Part shown: piece after piece, positions 16,096-25,223 of the stretch | How positions within the stretch are numbered: position 1 is the stretch's first letter | Layout: each line of letters opens with the position of its first letter | IMG/VR virus record: IMGVR_UViG_3300005683_000014 | From: an uncultured virus (IMG/VR IMGVR_UViG_3300005683_000014) | Taxonomy: Duplodnaviria > Heunggongvirae > Uroviricota > Caudoviricetes | Length of the DNA: 64,000 nt | Reading direction: 5' to 3' (one strand) | The notes under the pieces: model-generated | Databases searched by the model: none | Told to the model about the DNA's origin: nothing | What the model saw: only the letters and a program-made list of their open reading frames with translations | Translations under genes and position numbers: made by a program

Positions 16096-16328
16096 TTGTC
16101 CGAAATCGTGGCCCCTACCTAGAAAATTCGATTTGCGCAACAACATGAAAAAACTGGAGATTCGAGCATGAGCACGTCTCATGTCTCCCCTCCTCACAGT
16201 AAATGCACGTACGAGATCGTCAAGGCCTGAGGCCGCCGTGAGCAAAAAATACACACGTGAGAACACCCGCCCGATCCATAATCAGAAGTCATGGATTAGG
16301 CGAGAACCCATAAGTGTATTTTATGGCA

Positions 16329-16871
16329 CTATACTTGAGCCTCAATAAATTCCTCAATATCGGCCACGGAGCAATCTCCGCCGTACAGGATCGCACGGAT
16401 TGCCTTTCGGAAAGAGATTTCATCCCCCTCGCGAATCGACTGCATCATGGTGTGGTGAATGGCGTGCATTCGGTGCAGGCACAGCAGCAAGCACACGAGC
16501 AGCAGCCCGGGCCGGAGACTGTTCCGAACCCCCATCGTCTGGAAGCCCAGCGCCTTGATCTCGGGCTCGGACGTTCCCTTCAAGCTAGAGGCCCGCCAAG
16601 GCACAGCGAACTTAGCTGCCATGCGAGCGAACTTGCCCAGGTCGACCCCGTCCTCGCGCGCCTGTTGAATGACCCCAGCCACGATCACCGGAAGGTCGAT
16701 GACCTCAGCCTCGGTGCCCGGAAAGAGGGCCTGCATCCCCTCTCCTGCGTGTTTCTTATGGGAAATCTCGTCGAAGTGAGCGAACCAGCGCACGCGCTCA
16801 CCCTTCTTTTCGAGCGGGTCGTAGACCTTGTTCTTTCTAGGTCGCTTCGTCCCAGTCGTTGTCTCCGACAT
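16329..16871 (-). CDS. Hypothetical protein
   Basis: GGAGGAG RBS, codon bias. Confidence 0.65.
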   Translation of the reverse strand: MSETTTGTKRPRKNKVYDPLEKKGERVRWFAHFDEISHKKHAGEGMQALFPGTEAEVIDLPVIVAGVIQQAREDGVDLGKFARMAAKFAVPWRASSLKGTSEPEIKALGFQTMGVRNSLRPGLLLVCLLLCLHRMHAIHHTMMQSIREGDEISFRKAIRAILYGGDCSVADIEEFIEAQV

Positions 16872-17013
16872 CCAGCTCCTCCAGCCTCTCGATCAACAGC
16901 TTGATCGTTATATCGAATTCGGCCGCACTCGGCGGCCGAGGACCATTCTTCCAGTCCTGAAGGGACTTGAGAATTCGATTGACCTTGGACTCGCGCGCCA
17001 CGATCTCGGGCAT
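16837..17013 (-). CDS. Small hypothetical protein (MPEIVARESK...)
   Basis: GGAGGTGAGG RBS; 58 aa. Confidence 0.45.
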   Translation of the reverse strand: MPEIVARESKVNRILKSLQDWKNGPRPPSAAEFDITIKLLIERLEELDVGDNDWDEAT

Positions 17014-17161
17014 AGCCTCACCTCCAGCCTGCCCGACACCTTGCTCAGCCTCGGGCCTTCAGTTTTCCAGACCTCATGATACGGATGCCACTCCTCGCGC
17101 CCGTTCACGGCCAACGCCACGGCAGCACGGATTACCTCTGCCGACAGTTTCAGCACAACTC

Positions 17162-17800
17162 TCATCGGATGGGTGGGGTGTAGAAGCCCAAGTGATTCAG
17201 CCAGCCGAACCCAGCCGCCGAGCCATACGCGACACACACATCCCACCCGCTATCTGTCAGTTCCTCAAGCCATTCCAACTGTGCTTCCGAGATGTCATTG
17301 AGTTGCCCGTGTCGCCTCTTGAATTCGATTGCGACAGGCTTCCCGCTCCAGTTTCGACGGAACTTCTCGTCCCACGAGTTGGGCTTCTTGATCTTGTTGG
17401 CTTTCGCGGCCTCCCAGTCCTTGGCCAGGGCCGCAGGAATCCCGCGCGCCACGATCAGGTCCGGAAATCCGGTACTCATCCCCTCTCTCTTCATTTTCAC
17501 GGCAGTCGAGGTGTCTCGGTATCCGCCATTGGGGACGGCGGCGACCTTACATCCGAAGTTGCGCGCCTGGGCAACGAACAGCGACTGCTCATCCGTTTCC
17601 TCAGGTCCGACCGTATCCTCGATGTGATCCTCGTTGAAGGCAATGTAGAAGACCGGGTCGACAGTAATCGGATTCATCCGGAACACCGGCACGATGCAGA
17701 TCGGCCCCACACGGAAGCCCTGCTCGACCACGCCCACGGCGAGGTTTGGATCCTTCAGTTGTCGACGAGGTCTGGCCATACACGCCCTCCAGTCAGGCAA
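17162..17800 (-). CDS. VRR-NUC domain nuclease
   Basis: MKREGMSTGFPDLIV...IEFKR...SEAQLEWLEEL...G. Confidence 0.85.
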   Translation of the reverse strand: MPDWRACMARPRRQLKDPNLAVGVVEQGFRVGPICIVPVFRMNPITVDPVFYIAFNEDHIEDTVGPEETDEQSLFVAQARNFGCKVAAVPNGGYRDTSTAVKMKREGMSTGFPDLIVARGIPAALAKDWEAAKANKIKKPNSWDEKFRRNWSGKPVAIEFKRRHGQLNDISEAQLEWLEELTDSGWDVCVAYGSAAGFGWLNHLGFYTPPIR

Positions 17801-18046
17801 ACTAATTGACTAAAACGGGTCGAGGGCGCTGCCGCGTTCCCCAAGGAGCCTGACCGTTTCCGTTCACTCACTACCTAAACGGCAGACACGCCCTCGACCC
17901 AGACCTCACCATACATGGTGTATCGGGACCGAGCAAGCGCTCGGTGAGGAGCACATCAATTTAGATTCAAGGGCTCCCGGCGAGTGTGTAGGAATTACAC
18001 ACGCCCCCGGCTCGGAATTAAACGACAGGTGTTCAATTCTTGGGCT

Positions 18047-18646
18047 TAATGCACTCTAGACCCTCAAGTGCATTTAGCCTCGCTCGTGTCATTCCGGGCA
18101 CTTAGGTAATGAAAACACATGTCCGCGGCCTCGGGCGCGGTCGAACCCATATGCACTTAGAAAGCCCAATGGAGACGGGGAGTTGGGACCTAAGTGCCTT
18201 TAGGGTTTCTGTAACCCAAACCTAAATGCACTCGGCGCGACCGCGCCCCAGGCCGGGATGAGGACTCTGGTGCATTAAAACAAGTGCATTATCCCGTTCC
18301 CCTCCATACACGTACGGAGAATGGGATTAACGTAATACGTTAACCACCGACGCCCGCAGCTCCCAACTTTCTCAGGAAGGTAATCGGGATAATGCACTTA
18401 ATTTATAGCACTTGTCGGCTAACCCTACGGAAGTACAGGGGAATCTAAGTGCATTGCGCCGCGGGTTACAGAAACCTCAAATGCACTCGTCTCCGAACTA
18501 CCGAGAATCACAGTGCTTTTCTCGGTGCATTTAGGGGTTCCCCGCCATGGGCGCGGTCGCGAGCCCCTTCTGCCTCGTAAGTAGGCGGAATCTTTGAGAC
18601 CATAAGTGCATTTACGCATTGTAACTTTCCCGTGGAGTGCATTTAG
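18047..18646. repeat. Iteron-like array (AAGTGCATTTAG) with nested inverted repeats; putative origin or packaging region
   Basis: About 14 GTGCATT/AATGCAC-type copies in both orientations in non-coding DNA. Confidence 0.75.
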
Positions 18647-18702
18647 AGCCGGCGCCGGCCCCTCGGAAAGGAATTAACAGACTCCGTTAATCCTGCTAGG
18701 AT

Positions 18703-19098
18703 GTGCTCCTTTGTGTGGAGGTGAACGTGGAAAAACGATGTGATGTTCATGGGTTGGTGCGGTTCATGCTTGGTGGTCAGAAGTGGTACTGCCCTCAATG
18801 TCGGTCCTCGGCCGTGCTCCGGGCTAAGAGGAAGCAGAAGAAAAGAGCCCTAGAGTTTTTAGGGGGGCACTGCATACGCTGTGGATACAACAAGTGCCCC
18901 GATGCTCTGGAGTTTCATCATACCGAACCTGAGCACAAGGACCTCGCTATCGGGAGCACCAACAGAGCCTGGGATGTGATCGAACGGGAGTTGAAGAAAT
19001 GCATTCTTCTGTGTGCTAACTGTCATCGAGAAGAGCACTACAGAATGCGCAAGGAGAATGAGCTGGAGTCGGTCACCAAGATGCTTAGCGATTTGTGA
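18703..19098 (+). CDS. HNH endonuclease
   Basis: CIRCGY...LEFHH...KCILLCANCHREEH. Confidence 0.88.
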   Translation: MLLCVEVNVEKRCDVHGLVRFMLGGQKWYCPQCRSSAVLRAKRKQKKRALEFLGGHCIRCGYNKCPDALEFHHTEPEHKDLAIGSTNRAWDVIERELKKCILLCANCHREEHYRMRKENELESVTKMLSDL

Positions 19099-19197
19099 TG
19101 TAGAAATTACTTGCTTCCTCCTGTCCGTGTGACTACGTTCCTGTACGAAACATCGCACTCGCGATGAACACGTTCCCCCTCCGCGATGGAGTATCTA

Positions 19198-19752
19198 ATG
19201 TCCAAGAGAGCCCTCGTTTGTGTTGTTCAGTTCCAGCCCGGTCCTGCCCTCCAGTCGCTGGCTGAAGAGTCCTTCAAGGAGGACGGAGGCGTGGGCGAGT
19301 TCTCGTTCCCGCTCGTCTACAAGAATCAGCCCGTGACTGAGGAGTCGGCGCCGTTCGCTCCGATGGAGCAACTCATGGAGCAATCCGTACGCAGTGTCGT
19401 GTCCCATCTCGACGTCGGGTGCGTGTTCGCGAACTTGGACGGTTCGGTGCCCGACACGACCGTGCTCTTCCCGGTGATCCAGACCGGGCCGCGTACCTAT
19501 GTCTTCCCCGACCTCAAATTCACGGCCCCTCTAAAGGAGGGGGAGGATGGCGCTGATACGCTGGAGGTCGCCCTGGATACGTGGATCGAGGGGCAGGGTT
19601 ACGACGTGCCCGTGCCGGGGCAGCTCCAGGGACGTCTGGGAATCCCTCTGAAGGTCGGGACGTCCGCGAAGGTCCAGGAGGTCTGGAAGTGGCGCGCGGC
19701 GGTCCATGAGTCCGCCAACGATGTCCCGCTCGATCTCCGGATCGAGGGGTAA
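19198..19752 (+). CDS. Hypothetical protein
   Basis: GGAG RBS, codon bias. Confidence 0.7.
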   Translation: MSKRALVCVVQFQPGPALQSLAEESFKEDGGVGEFSFPLVYKNQPVTEESAPFAPMEQLMEQSVRSVVSHLDVGCVFANLDGSVPDTTVLFPVIQTGPRTYVFPDLKFTAPLKEGEDGADTLEVALDTWIEGQGYDVPVPGQLQGRLGIPLKVGTSAKVQEVWKWRAAVHESANDVPLDLRIEG

Positions 19753-19869
19753 CGTGTTTACGAAAATTCACGTTTTCCTGCTGGACAATCTGACTCTCAG
19801 TTCGTACATCCTGTACGCAATGGTGCAATAAGTCCAGAGAGGACAAAAAGCACTCCAAGGAGAATCGAC

Positions 19870-20973
19870 ATGAACGAAGCGTGGCACAAGAACATCGGCT
19901 GCATGGGGGCGTGGCCCCTGGTCAAGAAGCTGCTCGGGATGGTTCCCGGCTATAAGGTCATGGATCCGCCGCCGTCGCAGGCCGGGCGTACGGCGCGGGC
20001 CGCGTGGGAGGCCGGAATCGTGGAGCGCGCTCGCGAGGCCGCTGAGACCGTGCGCCCTCTCTGGTACGCCAAGAAGGTGAAGCAGTTTCACGCCCTCGGC
20101 GACCGCGTGATCGGCGAGCTGATCTTGCACGACCGTATCGACGCGCAGCTCGACATGTTCGAGGGTGTGGAGGCCGCGTTCTACCGGGGCCCCCAGAGCG
20201 GTGATCTGGAGTTCTTGGCGAACATTCGCCGGGCCGAGTTGGCGCTCCTGGACCGTGGTCAGAACCCGTGGGATGTCGGGACCTGCGCCGGGGCCGCCAT
20301 GTATTTCGTCGCCCTCGCGGAGCAGGAGCAGAAGGGACCGGCGTTCGAGTCCTCGTACGTTCAGGCCTGCGTGTTCATGGCGCTCATCAACGCCTACGCC
20401 GCGACGGGCAAGAACATCACGTCCATCGAGGAGAAACTCCGGGGTGAGGTCTTGTACCAGGAGAAGATGCTCAAGGATTGTGAGAACGAGGCCCTCCGGG
20501 TCTATCTCAAGCACCCCAGCGAGCACGCGGAGAAACTCCTGCGCAAGGTCGAGGCGGAGTTCCACGAGGTGGTGGGGCCGATCGAAATCGAGATGGAGTA
20601 CAAGGGCGATGAGGTGTTCGATCTGACCGTGGAGATCAACATGGCGCGCGGGGACAACCACATCCCCGTGTACGGTCCGACTCGTGAGCACCCGATCGCG
20701 CCGGTCAAGGCCAAGAGCAAGGCGCCCAACTCCGGGGACTTTTCGAGCAGGGTGAAGGCCGATCCGGATCTCCTGAACAAGTTGTTCGCGCAGTTGTTTC
20801 CGTTGAGCGGTGGTCCTGATCTCATGATCGAGTGCGAGACCGAGCAGGAGGCTCAGGAGTTGGGTCGCTACATCCAGGCCCAGCAGCCTCATACCAAGGA
20901 GGAGGCCGAGGAGTTGGCCAAGCGCTGGAAGGCACGGCGCGCAGGCAAGACCCTTCGCGACTTCGACGCTTGA
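19870..20973 (+). CDS. Hypothetical protein
   Basis: AAGGAG RBS, 367 aa. Confidence 0.8.
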   Translation: MNEAWHKNIGCMGAWPLVKKLLGMVPGYKVMDPPPSQAGRTARAAWEAGIVERAREAAETVRPLWYAKKVKQFHALGDRVIGELILHDRIDAQLDMFEGVEAAFYRGPQSGDLEFLANIRRAELALLDRGQNPWDVGTCAGAAMYFVALAEQEQKGPAFESSYVQACVFMALINAYAATGKNITSIEEKLRGEVLYQEKMLKDCENEALRVYLKHPSEHAEKLLRKVEAEFHEVVGPIEIEMEYKGDEVFDLTVEINMARGDNHIPVYGPTREHPIAPVKAKSKAPNSGDFSSRVKADPDLLNKLFAQLFPLSGGPDLMIECETEQEAQELGRYIQAQQPHTKEEAEELAKRWKARRAGKTLRDFDA

Positions 20974-21024
20974 GAAATAGATTCGGGCCCTGTATAAGGG
21001 CCCGAACTGTTTGAGGAGACACGT

Positions 21025-21924
21025 ATGTCTATCTACGTCGATGTGAAAATGGTGGCGGATTCGGTCAGCCCGCAGGGCGCTCGAATTTCCACCCTCCAGT
21101 TGGAGTACCCGAGGTACATCCATTCCGAGGTGATGACGCACCGGCAATTCTCGCGCAACGCCCAGTCGTCTCGCGCCATCCCTGTCGAGCGCCTCATCAA
21201 GAGACTCTACGACCACGAAGTCGTGCCCGACCCGAAGGACTTCGGTCTGAACAAGAAAGGCATGCAGGCAGGGGAAGGATTGCCTATCGAAGACGCCCTC
21301 AAGGCGCATCTTGTGTGGAGGGATATTCGTGAGGCCTCGGTCAAGGCGGCTATGCGCCTCAAGGAATTGAAGGTTCACAAGCAGTGGGTAAATCGCATCC
21401 TGGAACCGTATAGCACCATCGTGACCCTTATCACGGCCACGGCGGATTACTGGCCTCACTTTCTGGCGCTGAGGGACCACCCCGACGCCGAGCCCTCATT
21501 CATGCGTCTGGCGAAACTGATTCGTGAGGGGCTCGACACTTCTTCTCCGGTTGAGCGTCTCTGGCACCTTCCGTACATCACCGAGGAGGAACGTGAGACT
21601 GCGGCCAACGCAGACATTCGCAATTGCCTAGCGCCCATCTCGGCTGCGCGATGTGCCCGCGTGTCTTATGTCACACATGATGGTATTCGGGATCTAGCTG
21701 CCGACATGGTCTTGTACAACACTTTGGCTACAGCGGAACCTCCGCACGAGAGCCCACTGGAACACCCTAGTGTAGCGAGAGTGAACAGAAAGCAGAGGTT
21801 CGCCAACTTCACTGGGTGGGAGAGTTGGCGTCACTACGTCTCCAAGTCCCCCGACAGGCGGATGTTCAGGCAGGAAGACATGAAAGCAGTTCTCCTGGCA
21901 CTGGAGGTGCCGAAGTGCGTGTGA
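21025..21924 (+). CDS. thyX: FAD-dependent thymidylate synthase
   Basis: PRYIHSEVMTHRQFSRNAQSSRAIP; HKQWVNRILEP; SAARCARVSY; HESPLEH. Confidence 0.9.
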   Translation: MSIYVDVKMVADSVSPQGARISTLQLEYPRYIHSEVMTHRQFSRNAQSSRAIPVERLIKRLYDHEVVPDPKDFGLNKKGMQAGEGLPIEDALKAHLVWRDIREASVKAAMRLKELKVHKQWVNRILEPYSTIVTLITATADYWPHFLALRDHPDAEPSFMRLAKLIREGLDTSSPVERLWHLPYITEEERETAANADIRNCLAPISAARCARVSYVTHDGIRDLAADMVLYNTLATAEPPHESPLEHPSVARVNRKQRFANFTGWESWRHYVSKSPDRRMFRQEDMKAVLLALEVPKCV

Positions 21925-22712
21925 AGCACGTCAAGAGAGATCGGCGCGTTCGAGGAGCCTCGCCCCTGATGGGGCGTAGGTTCGTTCTCGATCGCACTGG
22001 CACCTTCGAGGCCATGCACGTGTACGCGGACCTCCTGCAAACGCAGGGCGAGGCCTCGATGCACTGGAACCCCAACGTCATCGAGATGTTGGGATTCCAG
22101 TTTCTCATGAACCGGCTGCGGCCCTTCAAGAGGTTCAATACCCCATCCCGGACAGAGGGGATGCCGAAGTTGTCGCGAAATGAATTCGCTGGGTTTTTAC
22201 AATTCCTGCAATGGAGTGAGGACCCCAGCGTCAAGACGTCTATCGTCAAGCCGGCAGCCTACACGTGGACGACGGGGAACGAGCACATTCCCATCCTCGA
22301 AGACAGAAAGGGACGCCCGCCCATTCACCAGGATGTGACCCCTCCCATCACGGCTGTCGATGCCGAGATTCTGGCGCTCTTCCATTCGGACGATCCGCTC
22401 AAACGTGTTGAGAAGTGGCAGCCGTGGCTTCAGAAAACGGCCTCGGTCGACCGGGTGTTCGACATCATCCGCCTCGACGGCGACGCGTTTACGGAACAGG
22501 TCACGCACCCGGTAACGAAGAAGGTCGTGGCCATCGACGAGCTTGTGGCATGTGAACCACAAGAGAAGGGGGAGACTTGGGCTACCCAGGTCTGGGTAAA
22601 TACGGCGAAAGGGCGTATCCTCCTGCCCGTCAGCAATAGCATCCCGCGAATCGATTTCCCTGGGTTCGAAGTGGATGAGCAATCTCTCGGGGAACAAGCA
22701 GGAAAGAAATGA
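21921..22712 (+). CDS. Hypothetical protein
   Basis: Overlaps both neighbours. Confidence 0.7.
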   Translation: MKHVKRDRRVRGASPLMGRRFVLDRTGTFEAMHVYADLLQTQGEASMHWNPNVIEMLGFQFLMNRLRPFKRFNTPSRTEGMPKLSRNEFAGFLQFLQWSEDPSVKTSIVKPAAYTWTTGNEHIPILEDRKGRPPIHQDVTPPITAVDAEILALFHSDDPLKRVEKWQPWLQKTASVDRVFDIIRLDGDAFTEQVTHPVTKKVVAIDELVACEPQEKGETWATQVWVNTAKGRILLPVSNSIPRIDFPGFEVDEQSLGEQAGKK

Positions 22713-23167
22713 GGCTCATGTACGTGGCCGGTGCGTATACCGGTAAGACTCCTGAGGAAGTCGATCTCAACATCCAGGCGGCGGCCAAGGTCGGTCAGGT
22801 GGTGGTGCGTAAGGGCTGGTATCCGATCATTCCGCACATGAACACGGCGGGATTCGATCGGACGGCCAGTGAAGTCACTTATGACTTCTGGATAGAAGGG
22901 ACGCTGGAAGTCATGCGGCGATGTGATGCGGTCATCATGTGCCCCGGCTGGGAGCTCTCGGATGGGGCCGTTGGCGAGTTGGAGATCGCCAATCAACTCA
23001 AGATGCCGGTATACTTCGACACCTTCCACTTGCCCGAGGCGGTCTTCCGTGAAGGAACGATGTCGGGTTCTGGTATGCCTCGTCAGGCTCGGGCGTGCAA
23101 TGCGTACGCGGAGGCTGTCAACCGCATGTACCAGCACGATACGCTTCCCGTGAAGGTGACTCGGTAA
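22709..23167 (+). CDS. DUF4406/DUF1937-type nucleoside deoxyribosyltransferase-like protein
   Basis: YVAGAY...PH.N...RRCDAVIMCPGWELSDGAVGELEIA. Confidence 0.75.
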   Translation: MRLMYVAGAYTGKTPEEVDLNIQAAAKVGQVVVRKGWYPIIPHMNTAGFDRTASEVTYDFWIEGTLEVMRRCDAVIMCPGWELSDGAVGELEIANQLKMPVYFDTFHLPEAVFREGTMSGSGMPRQARACNAYAEAVNRMYQHDTLPVKVTR

Positions 23168-23373
23168 TGGCCAATACTTTTCGCGAGGACACGATCGTTA
23201 AGCGCTCCGTCGAGGCGATTGGTGGACATCGTGTTCCTGTTGAATTCACCAAGGACGTAATCCTGTTCTCGTGGAGGAACGAGGATATCGCTTTCGATAT
23301 CGAGACGGTGGAGGCTCTGGTTGCCGCGCACCATCGCGCGTACGCACCGAAGCTAAGTAAGAGGGGTGAATGA
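23167..23373 (+). CDS. Hypothetical protein
   Basis: TAATG coupling. Confidence 0.55.
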   Translation: MANTFREDTIVKRSVEAIGGHRVPVEFTKDVILFSWRNEDIAFDIETVEALVAAHHRAYAPKLSKRGE

Positions 23374-23828
23374 GTTACACGCACGTTCTGGGGTTCGTGT
23401 TCGACCCCACCTTTAAACACGTCGCGCTCATCCGCAAGAACCGACCAGAGTGGGCGGCCGGGCTGTTGAACGGTATCGGAGGCAAGGTCGAGGATACGGA
23501 TCTCGGCATCGTTGACTCGATGATCCGTGAATTCAAAGAGGAGACCGGGGTCGAGATCACAGACTGGAAACAATTTGGGATCTTCTCCAGTAAGAAGTAC
23601 CAGTTCAGGATCGGGTGCTTCGCAGCGGTCTCCCCGAGTGTCTACAACGTACAGAGCGTGACCGATGAGGAGGTGTGCCTTCAAGAGGTCAGGCATGTGT
23701 TGTGTTCTCTGCCGCATTACTACTGTGAGAACACACAGTGGATGGTGGCGATGGCGCGCAACAAGCTGTTCGGGCAGAAGTCCTTCTTCGGTTTCGACAT
23801 CAAAGGCTTGACGACCGAAGACAATTGA
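23370..23828 (+). CDS. NUDIX hydrolase
   Basis: NGIGGKVE...REFKEETG Nudix box. Confidence 0.9.
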   Translation: MSYTHVLGFVFDPTFKHVALIRKNRPEWAAGLLNGIGGKVEDTDLGIVDSMIREFKEETGVEITDWKQFGIFSSKKYQFRIGCFAAVSPSVYNVQSVTDEEVCLQEVRHVLCSLPHYYCENTQWMVAMARNKLFGQKSFFGFDIKGLTTEDN

Positions 23829-23886
23829 GGGTAGAGTTCAAACTCCTGTTGGGTAGGACCTACGAATCCCTTTCTGAGAGGTAGCG

Positions 23887-24177
23887 ATGGCTGAGAACAA
23901 TGAGCAGATCGAGGGCGCCAAGGTGGCAGTGAACGAGTTCCTGGATGCGCGCGAGACGTTTCAGGAGGCGCAGGATGCCTTCAACGAGGCTGAGAAGCGG
24001 TACAAAGCGGTGTGTGCCGAGGCGGCGAAGGCGTGCGAGGGCATCACCTTCAAGAGCAAGGACGGGTCCCTGTATTTCTTCTCGAAGGTCCGCGGGGGCG
24101 GGTACGCGCTCAAGGCGCGGCAGGAGCGCTGGGACTCTGAGGGTCTCACGATCGTGAGCGTGGGGGACCGGCTCTAA
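23887..24177 (+). CDS. Hypothetical protein
   Basis: GAGGT RBS; upstream TTGACG-N18-TAGAGT. Confidence 0.7.
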   Translation: MAENNEQIEGAKVAVNEFLDARETFQEAQDAFNEAEKRYKAVCAEAAKACEGITFKSKDGSLYFFSKVRGGGYALKARQERWDSEGLTIVSVGDRL

Positions 24178-24355
24178 GCCGGCCCCTCGAAATCCGGTGC
24201 ATGGTTTGGAGGGCGCCCTCAAGGCTTTAGCCGTCGTCCTGGCGTACCAGGAGCGTCCGACCCGGTCCATATAGGGTGCGAAAGGCAGGGACATGCAAAG
24301 GTTGAAACACGGGTCCGGAAGGAAGGCCGTGCTACCGGGTGGAACGCCCGTACAT

Positions 24356-24433
24356 GGCGTACCGTAGCTCAAGTGGGTAGAGCATCCTCGTGTGGCGAGG
24401 AAGGTTGCAGGTTCGAGGCCTGCCAGCGCCCCA
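24356..24433 (+). tRNA. tRNA-His(GTG) with irregular acceptor stem
   Basis: GCTC/GAGC D arm, TCCTC-GTGTGGC-GAGGA, GCAGG-TTCGAGG-CCTGC, CCA; acceptor pairs only partly. Confidence 0.7.
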
Positions 24434-24458
24434 AGAAACGATTTCCCTGGAGCCTTAC

Positions 24459-25223
24459 ATGCGTGACGTGCGCTATCTCGACGCTGTCTTCGAAGAGGAC
24501 AGGGTCCGGCCCGTGAAGGGCTATGTCATTTGTGAGAAGTACGTGGAGACCAACAAGGTCTTCGTCGAGGGCCTTGGTTGGGTCGACTCCAAGGGTTTCA
24601 GCCCGGGTGGTCTCCTGCTCGTCTCGAACAAGACGACGGAACAGGAGTATGTCAACGCGGTCAGATTCGTAGTGCGGCGTGTTGGTCTTTCTCCGGACGA
24701 ATGGCGCTTTCGCTGTTTGTCGACCGGCGGGTGCTGGAATGGTCCCCAGCCTGGGAAACCCATCGAGCGCAACTTTCACACGACCTTCGAAGCACAGAAG
24801 ATCGAGGTCGGTATGGTGCTCGCGGCGCGCGCGGTCTCGGGTTCCCAGCAGGACAAGGCCTCCCGGTTCATCGCGCTCCGGTACGACGAAATTTGTGCCA
24901 TTGGTAAGCCACTGGACGAGCCCGAGGGCTTCGACATGCTTCCAGCGCCTGGCTGGGTCATGGTGAAGAAGGACGAGGTCCAGGCACGGCCCGGCTCGCG
25001 AATTCATACCTATGTGGGCTTGGAACAGTTGACACAGCACGGACAGGGAACCCTGGGCGTCGTGATTGAGCTTCCACGTGGTACTGACTCGGATGGGCTC
25101 AAGGTCGGGGACCGTGTCATGTTTCCGACACATGCGGGGGTCGGAGCTACGGAGTTCATCGAGTTCGAAGGGGGTATCCGATGTTTGCCGTTGGAAGACG
25201 TCCTCCTAGTCCTAGAGGCGTAG
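24459..25223 (+). CDS. Multi-domain GroES (Cpn10)-like protein
   Basis: LPAPGWVMVK...GVVIEL...LKVGDRVMFP...EDVLLVLE; N-terminal VRPVKGYVICEK. Confidence 0.7.
   Translation: MRDVRYLDAVFEEDRVRPVKGYVICEKYVETNKVFVEGLGWVDSKGFSPGGLLLVSNKTTEQEYVNAVRFVVRRVGLSPDEWRFRCLSTGGCWNGPQPGKPIERNFHTTFEAQKIEVGMVLAARAVSGSQQDKASRFIALRYDEICAIGKPLDEPEGFDMLPAPGWVMVKKDEVQARPGSRIHTYVGLEQLTQHGQGTLGVVIELPRGTDSDGLKVGDRVMFPTHAGVGATEFIEFEGGIRCLPLEDVLLVLEA

Noticed and set aside
24390..24458. N-terminal extension of the GroES-like ORF
   Set aside because: Overlaps tRNA-His; ATG 24459 has a GGAG RBS.
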